From: Eledone cirrhosa
Lineage: Eukaryota
DNA: 64,000 bases
Direction: 5' to 3'
Assembly: GCA_964016885.1 (NCBI GenBank)
Contig: OZ024740.1
Location: 410,564,001 to 410,628,000 of the forward strand
The notes below the pieces were generated by a model. The model had not been told where the DNA came from. It ran no database searches and saw nothing but the letters and a program-made list of their open reading frames with translations. Positions 27,585 through 39,109 of this stretch are shown here, piece after piece. The first letter of the stretch is position 1. Every line of letters starts with the position of its first letter. A program made the position numbers and the translations under genes.

Positions 27585-28030
27585 TACGTGGGGGTGACTG
27601 AAGAGTATTGAGCCTCTAACAAACGGTAGCATATACAAATATTGTCTTGTTTTACTTTTCAACGTAGTCTCCCTTTGAATTGACACACTTTTTCCACCGA
27701 TGCTAAAGGGATTAGATCCCGCCGAAGTAGAACTCCTTAGTTTAGTCCTCCAGATAAGTGTTCACAGTATCTATGACGTCATCAACTGTGGCATTGTGTT
27801 GTCCGACCATATCATTTTTCATGTTTGGGAACAGGCAGGAGTCAGAGGGTGTAGGTCTGGTGAGCTTGGTGGATGAGGAACGAGTTAGAACCCACTGTCA
27901 CGTATTGTTGCCATTGCATCCACCGAGGTGTGGGTAGGTGCATTGTCATAATGGAACAATACCTCTTTCGTCAGCAATTTTTGATGTTCTCGTGCAGACG
28001 TTTAAGCAGGTCGGTGTATTATGGTCCGGT
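27585..28030 (-). mobile_element. mariner transposon 3' remnant (transposase C-terminus plus probable TIR)
   Basis: Minus strand gives VLFHYDNAPTHT, LVPHPPSSPDL/PSDSCLFPNMK and [15 protein letters not shown], with stops and a frameshift. A TA-CGTGGGGG end lies at about 27585. Confidence 0.85.
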
Positions 28031-28033
28031 GAC

Positions 28034-28089
<56 letters not shown>

Positions 28090-28721
28090 AAATAAATCTG
28101 TAGTTTTCTGTATGTATGTGTATATGTGTGTGGACAATTTTTAATGAGGGCTCATATATTCTAAACCATTCATGCGATTTCTTTGAATTTTTTTACAAAA
28201 CTTCTCCTTTCTCAAAACCTGGACATGATCTACAAAAGCTTCCAAAAATCGATATTGGGCTCTTTGGAGACATTACAAAAGTTTCGGTTATTTGTGTGAA
28301 TGTTCGTGATTAAGTAAGACAAGAGTTATCTTTCGTAATCAAGAGTATCTTTCGTAATTCAGCGCATTCGGATTTTAATTTACTCTTTGTACTTGAAAGA
28401 AAGAAACTAACAATATCATTTTGTATATTTCACAACCAGCAATTTCTAACAGATTACTAAGTTATGTTATAGATTTGACATTGTATAATTAATCGTTTCA
28501 AGCTTGATGTTCATACATTAAATGATGTCATAACTTTTACAATATTATGCTTAAATTTATCTAAAATTATTTCGCTGCAATAGTGCCTAAGGTTTTCATG
28601 TTTACATAAAGTACGTTTTTCTTCTATGTATTCAAATTTACTTTGTTTAGTTTAATGAGCTACATCGAAAGCTACTTGAACCACCCAAAGGACGGGTAGT
28701 TTAGCTAGCATATATATATAG

Positions 28722-30150
28722 ATTACTATAACTCAGCGCTAGCTAAGGCGTCCCACAGAGATAGGATCAGCTATAACCCTAAGGGACATGATCGAGATGA
28801 CCCAAGGGTACCCCGGACCAATACCCTCAGGAGCATGAGTCGCCCACCTAATACCTCGGTGACCAGTAGTAACACTCCCAGACCCCTATCCGTCACCAAC
28901 CCCGGTAGAAGGTCCCGCATACCCCACCGGTCTAATACCTACAACGCTGAAGACCACTGTGCTGCGAAGCATAGGCACACCTGCACCGGCCCCACCACCC
29001 GCCGAACCCTAATTGAGCAGGGAGGCCGCACCACGCACGTTTATAGACCCACGGTGGGCCCATATAACCCTCATGATAGTGACCGCTCCGCACACCCGAG
29101 TGTCACCAACAGAGCTCGACCTGAGCTGTGCACAACCACGCGATGGCCCACGCGGACACCCAACAACCCCGCAAGAATAGAACCAGGAAGGTCACATGGT
29201 ATAACCCTCCGTACTCGGTGGGTCTACGTACCAGCCTGGCTAGAACATTCTTTAGAGTACTGGATAAATGTTTCCCTAGGGCCCACAAGTACCATAAAAT
29301 ATTCAACAGGCACACGGTGAAACTTTCCTACTCAACAACACGCTCCGTAGCCCAGCACATAGCTGGCATAAATAGGAATAGGCTCACTGCCTCTAATACC
29401 ACCGTAAACTCCGGAGCCACCCAACAGAACCAGCACGCGGGACGCAACGGAACCCGGATAGGCCCAACTAGCACACTGGAACCCAACGACCCTGTGCTGA
29501 TTAAGGCGGCTACCCAGCCAACCCCGAGTGATTGAAATCACGCGGTACATCTGGTGGGGCTTAAGAAGTCATGTAATTGTAGAGACCCATCACTATGCCC
29601 CCTTAGTAATGAATGCATGACGTGGTCTACAGGTGCAAGGTCACAACCCCTAATTCGGAGCACCACTACATAGGTTCCACAGCGACGAGCTTCAAAGCTC
29701 GGTGGTATAACCATCGCCATTCCTTTAACAGAATAGATAAGAGGAAATGTACGGCCCTTTCTGAATTGATCTGGAAGCTCAAACTTGAAAAGACCCCGCA
29801 CTGTCTGGTCTGGTCCGTGGTTAGAAAGGTTCCCCCAGACAGAGGCGGGTATGGTATTTGCAACCTCTGTCTTAGTGAGACACTCGAGATTCTTCATGGC
29901 GGAACCAAGCTATTAAACAGAAGGGCCGACTTATTCGGTGCCTGCAGACACCTAAGGACGGGAACTTTCCTCAAGCTATATGGATAAACCCCGGTTACGG
30001 CTCCCCCTGTAGGTTCCCTACACTCCGTACCAATGACCATTGGACAACAACAACCACCCATAGTTTGTGGTCCCTATGGTGGATGGTCCACCGGATCCTC
30101 TACTGGTTAGGAGTCATCTAAACCACGTTTTATTGAACCTGATCTTATAT
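28722..30150 (+). mobile_element. 5'-truncated Penelope-like element (Nematis-like): RT thumb, linker and GIY-YIG endonuclease
   Basis: DYYNSALAKA right after (TA)n, then RKVTWYNPPYS..FPRAHKYHKIFNRHTVKLSYS and CNCRDPSLCPL. ORF 29613-29987 reads VVYRCKV..HYIGSTATSFKARWYNH..TALSELIW..CNLCLSE..LLNRRADLFGACRH. Confidence 0.92.
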
Positions 30151-30907
30151 ATATATGTATGTATGTATCGTGTATATTTATGTGTATTTTATATGTGTAT
30201 ATATGTGTACTTTATATATATATGTATGTATATGTATGTATATATTTTATATGTATATGAATATGTCTGTGTATTTTATATGTATATATGTATAAATGGT
30301 TTATGCGTGTATATATTTTATGTATGTCTGTATTTTATGTATATATATATATTTTTTATATTTTTATATGTATATATTTTATATATATGTATGTTCTGTG
30401 TATATATGTATATATTTTATATATATATATGTATGCTTGTGAGTACATACATGTATACGTGTATATATATGCACACCTGTATGGATTTGTGTGTGTAGAT
30501 GTGTGAGTGTCTGAGGTGATAGGTGTGAGTGTATATACAAGTCAACCAGCATAAACCTTTTATTTCTAAATTTTCTAAACTATCTAAGTATTGGACTCTA
30601 ACCATTATATTAAGTATTACCACCCCACATTTTGTATGTGTGGATGTGTGTGTGTGTGTGTGTGGAGGTGGGTGTGAGTGTAGTGCAAGCCAACCTACAT
30701 AAGTCTTTTTATTTGTAAATTTTCTACTCCAACCATAAATTTCAGTAGCACCACTCCACATAAATTCCTCAATTTAAGAATGATCTGTAGTATCTATTCA
30801 TACTATTAACCTTAATTGAATATATATCTGACCAGGAATGCCTTTTGTGAAAATCAGTCATATGGAACTATTGTCATCTTGCCTGACGGTTTGAACTTTA
30901 CAACACC

Positions 30908-30964
30908 ACCTGCCTCTTTGAGGTCATAGCCATTCAATGGCTATCATCGAAATATATATAGCAG
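30908..30964 (+). ncRNA. degenerate hammerhead-like motif
   Basis: Stem I CTGC/GCAG, long stem II ATAGCCAT-TCA-ATGGCTAT and GAAAT-ATAT-ATA. The core is mutated (CTCTTTGAG). Confidence 0.4.
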
Positions 30965-31007
30965 TAAATAAAGGATTATGAATTCATGCAATTGACTTAT
31001 GTTTCGT

Positions 31008-31041
<34 letters not shown>

Positions 31042-31058
31042 ACGAAACATAAGTCAAT

Positions 31059-31100
<42 letters not shown>

Positions 31101-31105
<5 letters not shown>

Positions 31106-31670
31106 AAAAAGGATGAAATCGAAAATGCAACTGGAGTCTTTTTTTTTAAAGAAATATATTTTTATTTGGTTCCTTTACAGGTTTCGCAGTTCTTCTGCTT
31201 TTCAAAAGTAGAATTGAGATGAAGGGTTTGTGGTTTTTCTCACATACGGTTGGTGTTTGAATGTTACTTCTGATTTATATGGAAAAAAGTGGCTGGAAGT
31301 GCTAGGATTTTAGAGAAGTTATTTGGTTGGTTGGTGAATAAGTATAATAAATTTCGCGAAAATTTATTATACTTATTCACCAACCAACCAAATTACTTCT
31401 CTAAAAACTTATCATTTCAAGCCAATTTTTTCCATATAAAACAGAAATAACATTCAAACACCAACCAGATGTGAGAAAAACGACAAACCCTCCATCTCAA
31501 CTTTTGAAAAGCAGAAGAACTGCGAAACCTGTAAAGGAACCAGATAAATACATATTTAAAAAAAAGAAGACTCCAGCTGCATTTTCGATTTCATCAGTTT
31601 TCCTTATACTTTCACTCGTGCAGGGCACCTAGGTTTTTTTTCATTTTGTAAAAAAACCTAACTTTCTAAT
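31101..31670. repeat. ~500-bp fold-back of the UUGAAAA-core HHR family
   Basis: Apex TTTCGCGAAA at about 31352-31361, diverged arms of ~250 bp, (TA)n on both sides. Confidence 0.85.
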
Positions 31671-31681
31671 ATATATATATC

Positions 31682-32066
31682 CTAGTCGAATTACCCGCAC
31701 CTTGCTGCATTTCACACATTTGTTTTGTAAGAAAATGATGATTGATTTTAATTCAGTGATATCATTTATGGAGAAAAACTATATTAGGGTGTCTTAATAT
31801 CATTGAAATTTGTTGAGATTTTGTGAATAGGCATCATATCGTATCATTTACCTATGGTTTAAATTTCATATAAATCGAGAGGAAAACATTTTCAGCGAGG
31901 GTTTGCGCCCCTGGGGAACACTTTCATTAAAATGAAATATACTTATCCAAGTACCCTGGGTAATGTAGTTTCAGAATATATATGCTTATCGGGGCCTATC
32001 TCCAAAACCATAGGAGGAGTTCGTGAACAAACAAACAGACAGGAACTACAACTTTATATATATAGA
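31682..32066 (-). mobile_element. non-autonomous Helitron-like element (Lep1-like layout)
   Basis: Minus strand begins A|TCTATATATATAAAG followed by CTGTCTGTTTGTTTGTT and ends with a GC-richer segment plus CTAG at 31682-31685. Confidence 0.6.
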
Positions 32067-32306
32067 TATATTCGAGGTTCTTGTTAATTTTTAATGTTAC
32101 CTCCGTAACTATGTATGTTTACACTCTTCACAACTTATCCCCTGTAACTATTTTATGTGTTTATTTCATATACATACGTCATCTTACTTTTAATTTAATA
32201 TAAATGCTCGGATTTACTACCTGCAATGCTTAGAGCATATTTCCACAGGTGATATGGCGCATGATTCTGATATTCTCGGAGATAACATCATCCTTAATCT
32301 AATTTT

Positions 32307-32350
<44 letters not shown>

Positions 32351-32353
32351 GCA

Positions 32354-32434
<81 letters not shown>

Positions 32435-32532
32435 ATATATGTGTGTGTATATATATATATATATATATGAAAAAGATATTGTTTTTTACAAAAGCAGTAT
32501 AAAAAATTAGAAATATAGGTGGAGAAGATAAA

Positions 32533-32580
<48 letters not shown>

Positions 32581-32581
<1 letters not shown>

Positions 32582-32895
32582 CGTTTCTGAATTTGTTTAG
32601 CAAGATTCTTTATCTGAAAACGTGTATTGAAACCGATATTGTTATACTTTGGGAGGGTCATGTTGCCAATAAGAAACACACGCACCAGTAGTTTTCACTC
32701 CAATTTATTATAAATTAAATTTATAAATTTAAGAATTTATAAATTTCCGGTTGGTTGGTTCCACAACCGGACGGTTCTTAATATATTGTCATAGTTCTTT
32801 CGTTACACATTCTGTGACCTCTTCAGTGACTGGGGATTCTTTTCTTTGTTTTGTGCCGCTCCTTTGTTCTGTCCTACGCCATCTTGTCTTTTCTT
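32581..32895 (-). repeat. HHR element (CUGAAGA family) between (TA)n tracts; HHR at 32788-32830(-)
   Basis: Close match to 58906-59476 and 60140-60443. Confidence 0.8.
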
Positions 32896-32916
32896 TTTAT
32901 ATATATATATATAATG

Positions 32917-32988
<72 letters not shown>

Positions 32989-33436
32989 TATATATATAAG
33001 TGTGTGTATGTCTATGTTTGTGAATATATGTATGCATATGTGTGTGTATATGTGCGTGTATAAGTGTGTTGGTACGGTCATTGTGGTAATCAAAATACAG
33101 AACCGATTGAATTGCAGTTAAATTTTATTACTAACCATGTACATAATCCCACTATCAGTTAATTAAGTATATAATTAATTATCATAGGTGAAAGAAATGT
33201 AGACGAAAAGGAGACATTGAATGCAAAAGTCATCGAAAGGACTATGCGAATTAATTATTAACCAAATGATTGTTGGGCTAATTACCTAATTAATCGTGAA
33301 ACTCAATCAGTACATGCACTTTGAGTGTCAGACAAATCTAATTCTGTAAAACAAATATCTATTTTAACACACGATTTTACATTAAGCATCTGCAAAGTAA
33401 ATAGTAAACCAACGTGTGTACACTTACCCCCCCCCC

Positions 33437-33474
<38 letters not shown>

Positions 33475-33648
33475 CGAACTACAACAGAAACACAAACCTT
33501 CCATCTCAATTTTACTTTTGACAATCATAAGAAACCGGTAAAGTAAATAAATAAATATTCTTAAAAGAATCGAGTTGAATTTTCAATTTCATTTCCTTAT
33601 ATTTTCACTCGTGTGAGACATCTCTTTTACAAACAAACCCCTCATTTT

Positions 33649-33744
<96 letters not shown>

Positions 33745-33745
33745 C

Positions 33746-33778
<33 letters not shown>

Positions 33779-33837
33779 CGTGCGTGTGTGTTCAATCGAG
33801 GGTAAACACAGTAAATAAGATACATAGCAAAGTATAA

Positions 33838-33960
33838 ATATTTAATATAGAAATGGCTTCTACAGGACTAGAACTGTTTTATTCGAAGGAAATCGTGATC
33901 TCCTTCGAAATTCCTTCGAAACAGTTCTAGTCCTGTAGAAGCCATTTCCCTATTAAATAT
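33838..33960. repeat. fold-back with HHR 3' half; apex at stem II
   Basis: Arms GAAATGGCTTCTACAGGACTAGAACTGTTT / AAACAGTTCTAGTCCTGTAGAAGCCATTTC. The right arm reads GAAACAG-TTCTAGTC-CTGTA (stem III plus GUA). Confidence 0.75.
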
Positions 33961-34207
33961 ATATATTTGTGCGCTAGGCAACCGAAACATAAGATGAAGT
34001 TATATCTGTATACACAGAACAAAAGTAACCGAGACTACGTAAATATGCATATAAATGTACACATATTGAAGGCAAGTAGATCATCTAAACGATCACAAGG
34101 ATACACACATATACATATTTCCCTATAAACTGAAAAAACGCGAAATATCTTTAACCAGTTTTCAAGCTTAATTGACCCTTCACCAGAAGGCATTATATGA
34201 AGTAATC

Positions 34208-34312
34208 CCGCCGACGTTAACTCTGCCTTTCATCCTTACGGGGTCGATAAAATAAAGTACCAGTAATGTACTAGGTAATTGCTGGCCTTGTGCCTAAAGT
34301 AGAAACAATTAT
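34208..34312 (+). mobile_element. octopod-type SINE, 3' part
   Basis: GCCTTTCATCCTTACGGGGTCGATAAAATAAAGTACCAGTAATG..GCTGGCCTTGTGCCTAAAGTAGAAACAATTAT. Confidence 0.75.
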
Positions 34313-34357
34313 ATGAAGTAAACAACCACAAGTAAAGGCTTAACCGAGAGTCATATG

Positions 34358-34697
34358 CAGTGTACCCCCTGCATTCGTGGTCTCGATTATTCGCGGAATG
34401 TTTTTTAGAACCTAACTAATAATTGTTCGTGGAAACCACTGCATATTCGCGGAATCGTAAATATCTTCCGTGATTATTTAATGTTTTTTTTTCTTGGCAA
34501 TAAAAACATTTTAACGCTAAATTATTAATAATAATATACCATATTTGACGGCCTATTGGACGCCCCTTTTAAATTATATTTTACGCTATATTTTCACGTT
34601 TATAGGCATTTTTATGGACCACGTCCAATATTCACGATTTTTCACTCTTCGTGGGTATTCTAGGAACGTAACCCCCACGAATATTGAGGGACAACTG
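34358..34697. mobile_element. pogo/Tigger-like non-autonomous DNA transposon
   Basis: Imperfect TIRs CAGTGTACCCCCTGCATTCGTGG / CCACGAATATTGAGGGACAACTG|TA, with internal ATTCGCGG subterminal motifs. Confidence 0.6.
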
Positions 34698-34974
34698 TAT
34701 ACCCTTTCACTTATAGTACAGAACTTGTCTGGGTATATATGAACATTTTTGATATCTTTTATTAATTGATTTAATTAATAAATTTGTTGATATTAGTTTT
34801 TATTGATAACCTTAATTAATTTGTTAATATTAATATATTTTATTGATAACCTTAATTAATTTGTTCGATTATTGTCACCACACTACTAAATCTATTTGGG
34901 TATATTCTAGAAATAATTTCAGTTATCATTGAGTAAGATAGTGTGTGATATGTATTACACAGCCATACATGCAC

Positions 34975-35330
34975 ACACAACTCCCTCCCCCATCTCTACT
35001 AATAGAATCATCTTCCTACTAAAGGAATCACTTTCCTACACACACACACAATATATATATATATATATTCTCTTCATCTTAACATGCTAACCATACTCCC
35101 ACACACATAACACCCATACACACACATAACAACCCCCACACCTACAACTCCCTCCCCATTTCTACTAATAGAACCACTTTCCTACACACATATATATATA
35201 CACACACACAAAATATATATTCTCTCCATCTTAACATACTCGTACACACACACATAACACCCATATACACACACACACAACTCCCTCCCCCATCTCTACT
35301 AATAGAATCATCTTCCAATACACACATACA
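34975..35330. repeat. degenerate ~140-165-bp tandem repeat
   Basis: CAACTCCCTCCCC(C)AT(C/T)TCTACTAATAGAA recurs at about 34978, 35145 and 35278. Confidence 0.75.
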
Positions 35331-35853
35331 CACACACATATACACACACACAAGCACACAAATAAACACATATCTTCAGTCTCAATAGAAAATCTGAACT
35401 CTGACAGTTGGCCATATTCACTGAACCAGAACATTTCTCCCAATCCCTTTTCACTTGACCACTATCTCTCCATTGTCATAACATTCACTATAAAGACTAC
35501 AGAATAGTTTTCCAAATAAGGGCGCAAGAATGTAATGAAAACTTGTTCACGTGACAGCCAAATTTCATTTATAACCAACCAAAAAAAAGCCTTCGTGAGC
35601 CTCATTTTTTCAAGTAAAAAGAAATTCAAACACTCATATATGAAAAAACAACCTGTGACAACCCCCCCCCCTCTCTCTTATTTGAAGAACTATTGTAACG
35701 CGAACTGGCGCGAAATTTATTATAATTATTGACAAACCAATCAAATTACTTCTCGAAAAACCTGGCTTTCGAGCCACTTTTTCCATATAAAACAAGTAAC
35801 ATTTAGAGACCAACCAGATGTGAGAAAAACCACAGACCCTCCATCTCAACTCA

Positions 35854-35891
35854 CCTTTTGAAAAGCAGAAGAACTGCGAAACCGGTAAAGG
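35854..35891 (+). ncRNA. minimal hammerhead with non-canonical UUGAAAA core
   Basis: CCTT-TTGAAAA-GCAG-AAGAA-CTGC-GAAAC-CG-GTA-AAGG. All stems pair, and the core is the same in the copies at 16.2, 16.3, 31.2 and 31.5 kb. Confidence 0.6.
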
Positions 35892-36023
35892 AACCAAATA
35901 AATATATATATTTAAAAAAAAAATAAGACTTCAGTTGCATTTTCGATTTCATCTCTTTTTCTTTATACTTCCACTCGTGTAGGACACCTCGGTTATTTTT
36001 CATTTTGTAAAAAAAAACCTCAC

Positions 36024-36095
<72 letters not shown>

Positions 36096-36234
36096 TTAGG
36101 TTTGTTGGTTCACCACTGGATAGAATTCCATATGGTCAATCTTGGTGTAATATTGTGGAGAGTACTCAACGTAGTGCAGTTCACCCGTCTTCGTTTGTGT
36201 AGTTGGTGGTGCGAATACGGAATTAATTATAAAT

Positions 36235-36390
36235 AAAAATAACAGGAGGCTGGACTGGTGTAAATCCTTGAAAGGTTTATTATACTATGATCATTTCAAT
36301 GACCGGGGTCCATATGAATCCGGTGATATCATCAGGTATTCGAAATATAACAAAGGAATGTGTAAAAACCATGGGTCCTTCTTTATTTCT

Positions 36391-36428
<38 letters not shown>

Positions 36429-36721
36429 CCTTTTTTATTCTTTGACGGAGAGGTGGTAGTACATTATAAGCCTTCGCCCCCTCACCAGATGGTCATCAGC
36501 AGAACGAGTAACCATCACTTTGAGGGCGACTGGCCGAGATGAAGGCAGCTAGTTGGCCAGTCGTCCTCTTTGTCTCTGATTTTTCGGACCCATGGTTTTT
36601 ACATATTCCTTTGTTATATTTCGAATACCTGATGATATCACCGGATTCATATGGAACCCGGTCATTGAAATGATAATAGTATAATAAACCTTTCAAGGAT
36701 TTACACCAGTCCAGCCTCCTG

Positions 36722-36729
<8 letters not shown>
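36235..36729. repeat. inverted repeat (arms ~145 bp, spacer ~205 bp), one HHR per arm
   Basis: 36235-36378 vs 36586-36729. Confidence 0.88.
36625..36682 (+). ncRNA. minimal type-I hammerhead (second copy 36282-36339 on minus strand)
   Basis: ATAC-CTGATGA-TATCACCGG..CCGGTCATT-GAAAT-GATA-ATA-GTAT. The minus copy has the palindromic loop GATC. Confidence 0.72.
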
Positions 36730-36762
<33 letters not shown>

Positions 36763-37412
36763 CAATATCGGAGAAAGCTTTTTAGCGAAACTCCTGCCAA
36801 ATTCCAACTCACTCAACAAACATTAGGAAATAAGTGATTATATTCCCAATTATGCGTTCGGGGTGCTAACTAAAAGTATTGCGTGGAAAATTGGCTGTAT
36901 TATATCATATGAGACATATCGAATATATCTCTTCCCAGACGGACGTCTCGTTTCATTATAGGATTCCTACAATTTGGGTTAAACTATACCAATTTATGTA
37001 GGAGCTTGTATACCATCAATAGATATATATTCAAGTGGGCTCCTATAATTCATCAGTGGGTGCCCCAATAATACTAATAATGATAATCTAACCAACATCA
37101 GTATTTAGCGATAATCATCATCTGTACCTGAGGTATCTGTCAGGTTGCCAGTCCAGCAGTTCTAAAGAAATGCTCAAACTGATTCAAAAATGAGGAAGTA
37201 AATTACCGCGTGGTAATATATAAATATATATATATATATGGATGTATGTGTGTAATATATAAATATATATATATATGGATGTATGTGGTAATATATAAAA
37301 AAAATATATATATATGGATGTATGTGTGTAAATATATACGTTTTTAATATATAGACATGTAAACATTCCACAAATATAAATTTCCTGGTAAAATGAAAAA
37401 CAAAATGATAAA

Positions 37413-37459
37413 CATCTTTAATCGATTTTCGAACCTAGTTGTGTCTTCATCAGAAGGTG
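37413..37459 (-). ncRNA. minimal type-I hammerhead
   Basis: CACCTT-CTGATGA-AGACACAACTAGGTTC-GAAAA-TCGA-TTA-AAGATG: palindromic loop TCGA, weak stem II. Confidence 0.55.
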
Positions 37460-37938
37460 TGTATATTATCTAAGCAACCACAAGGAAACATGTATTTAAT
37501 GGGCTGAGATACCTAATCACTCATAATGGTTTTCTGAAATGGACGCACTAAATAACATATAATTAATTGGTTGTTAATTAAGCTATATATCAAGAATATA
37601 TAACAAACGAAGTGAACGATAAAATTATGTTTGTATATACACAGAGTGGGTTACCAAGACTGTACCAATGTGTATATAAATATACACACTTTCAATATAT
37701 AGACATGTAAAGATGCCAGAGATAAGAAAAAAAAATGCCCTGTAAGTACCTGTATATGTACAAATGTAATTTGATCGTACACTACGGCATTTTAAAGCTG
37801 GGGAGGCCCATCTCTCCCTAGAACTGAACACAGTCGATTTCTTCCATATATATATATATATGTAGTTTGCTTTGTTATTTTTGTTATTTCCATTTACCTT
37901 TCACGCGCGCGCGCGCACGCACACACACACACACACAA

Positions 37939-37984
<46 letters not shown>

Positions 37985-38057
37985 GTGTATGTGTATATAT
38001 CTATATACATATTTATTATATATATATATATATAGTTATACTTGGGGAGGGTCATAT

Positions 38058-38245
38058 TGTAATAATTGTTTCTACTTTAGGCACAAGGCCAGCAATTACC
38101 CAGTGCATTACTGGTACTTTATTTTATCGACCCCGTAAGGATGAAAGGCAAAGTCAACCTCGGCAGGATTTGAACTCAGATCGTAAAGGGACGTAACTAT
38201 GCTGGAAAGCATGGTGTCTGACCCTCTACCGATACTGCCAATCCA
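38058..38245 (-). mobile_element. octopod-type SINE
   Basis: GGCACAAGGCCAGCAATTACCCAGTGCATTACTGGTACTTTATTTTATCGACCCCGTAAGGATGAAAGGCAAAGTCAACCTCGGCAGGATTTGAACTC. Confidence 0.8.
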
Positions 38246-38590
38246 CCAATAATATTGCCAGAAATAATAACAGAACAGTACAATACAATACAATAGGAGG
38301 GAACATAATAGTACCACTGTTGATGTTTGGATGTGCAACGAAAGAACATTGATAGACTATATATATATATATATATATCTGTATTTTGAACCGTTGTACA
38401 ATCAACGATAAACGTTGATTGCCAAATAAATTAACTATAGAGACATAAAAGATACAGAAGCGAAAACCAACCCAAACCCAAAAGTTGAGTGCTTTCTGTT
38501 ATTATTTCTAGCAATATTATAACAATATGACCCTCCCCAAATATAACAATATTTGTTTCGACACACGATTTCATATCAAAAACCTTGCAA

Positions 38591-38683
<93 letters not shown>

Positions 38684-38685
38684 AA

Positions 38686-39106
38686 TGATGACTGCCCCCT
38701 CGTTATCGAGTATGGCCATTGCATGATATACTATTATTAATAATTATTAATTAATTCTATCAAGCAATGACTGTGCGTGAAGATATTTTTTAAAGTGAGG
38801 AAAGACTGTGCATTGAGCCAATCCCACTCTCTGAGCGACAGTAGCTATAACCCGAAAAGAAAAAAAGATAAACATCATAGGTAACTACTGAGCCACAGGT
38901 TTTATATCGGAGTTATCCCAGTTTCCTGATTTGCCTTCACCTAGAAGAATGCCCTCACAAAGGTCCTTCACTCCCAGTGGTTTAACCGGGCGATACATAT
39001 GTATATACATATTTACACACTTTTGGATGGCCGTTGAGTTCTTTCGCCCTTTTTCAGGTTTTGTTTTTTGTTCTGCAGGGTGTCCAAAATCACCCTCCTC
39101 ACCAAG
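38686..39106 (-). mobile_element. RTE-derived non-autonomous element lacking its 5' tip
   Basis: Homologous to 14441-14950 and stops abruptly at CACCCTCCTCACCAAG. Confidence 0.55.
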
Positions 39107-39109
39107 TAA

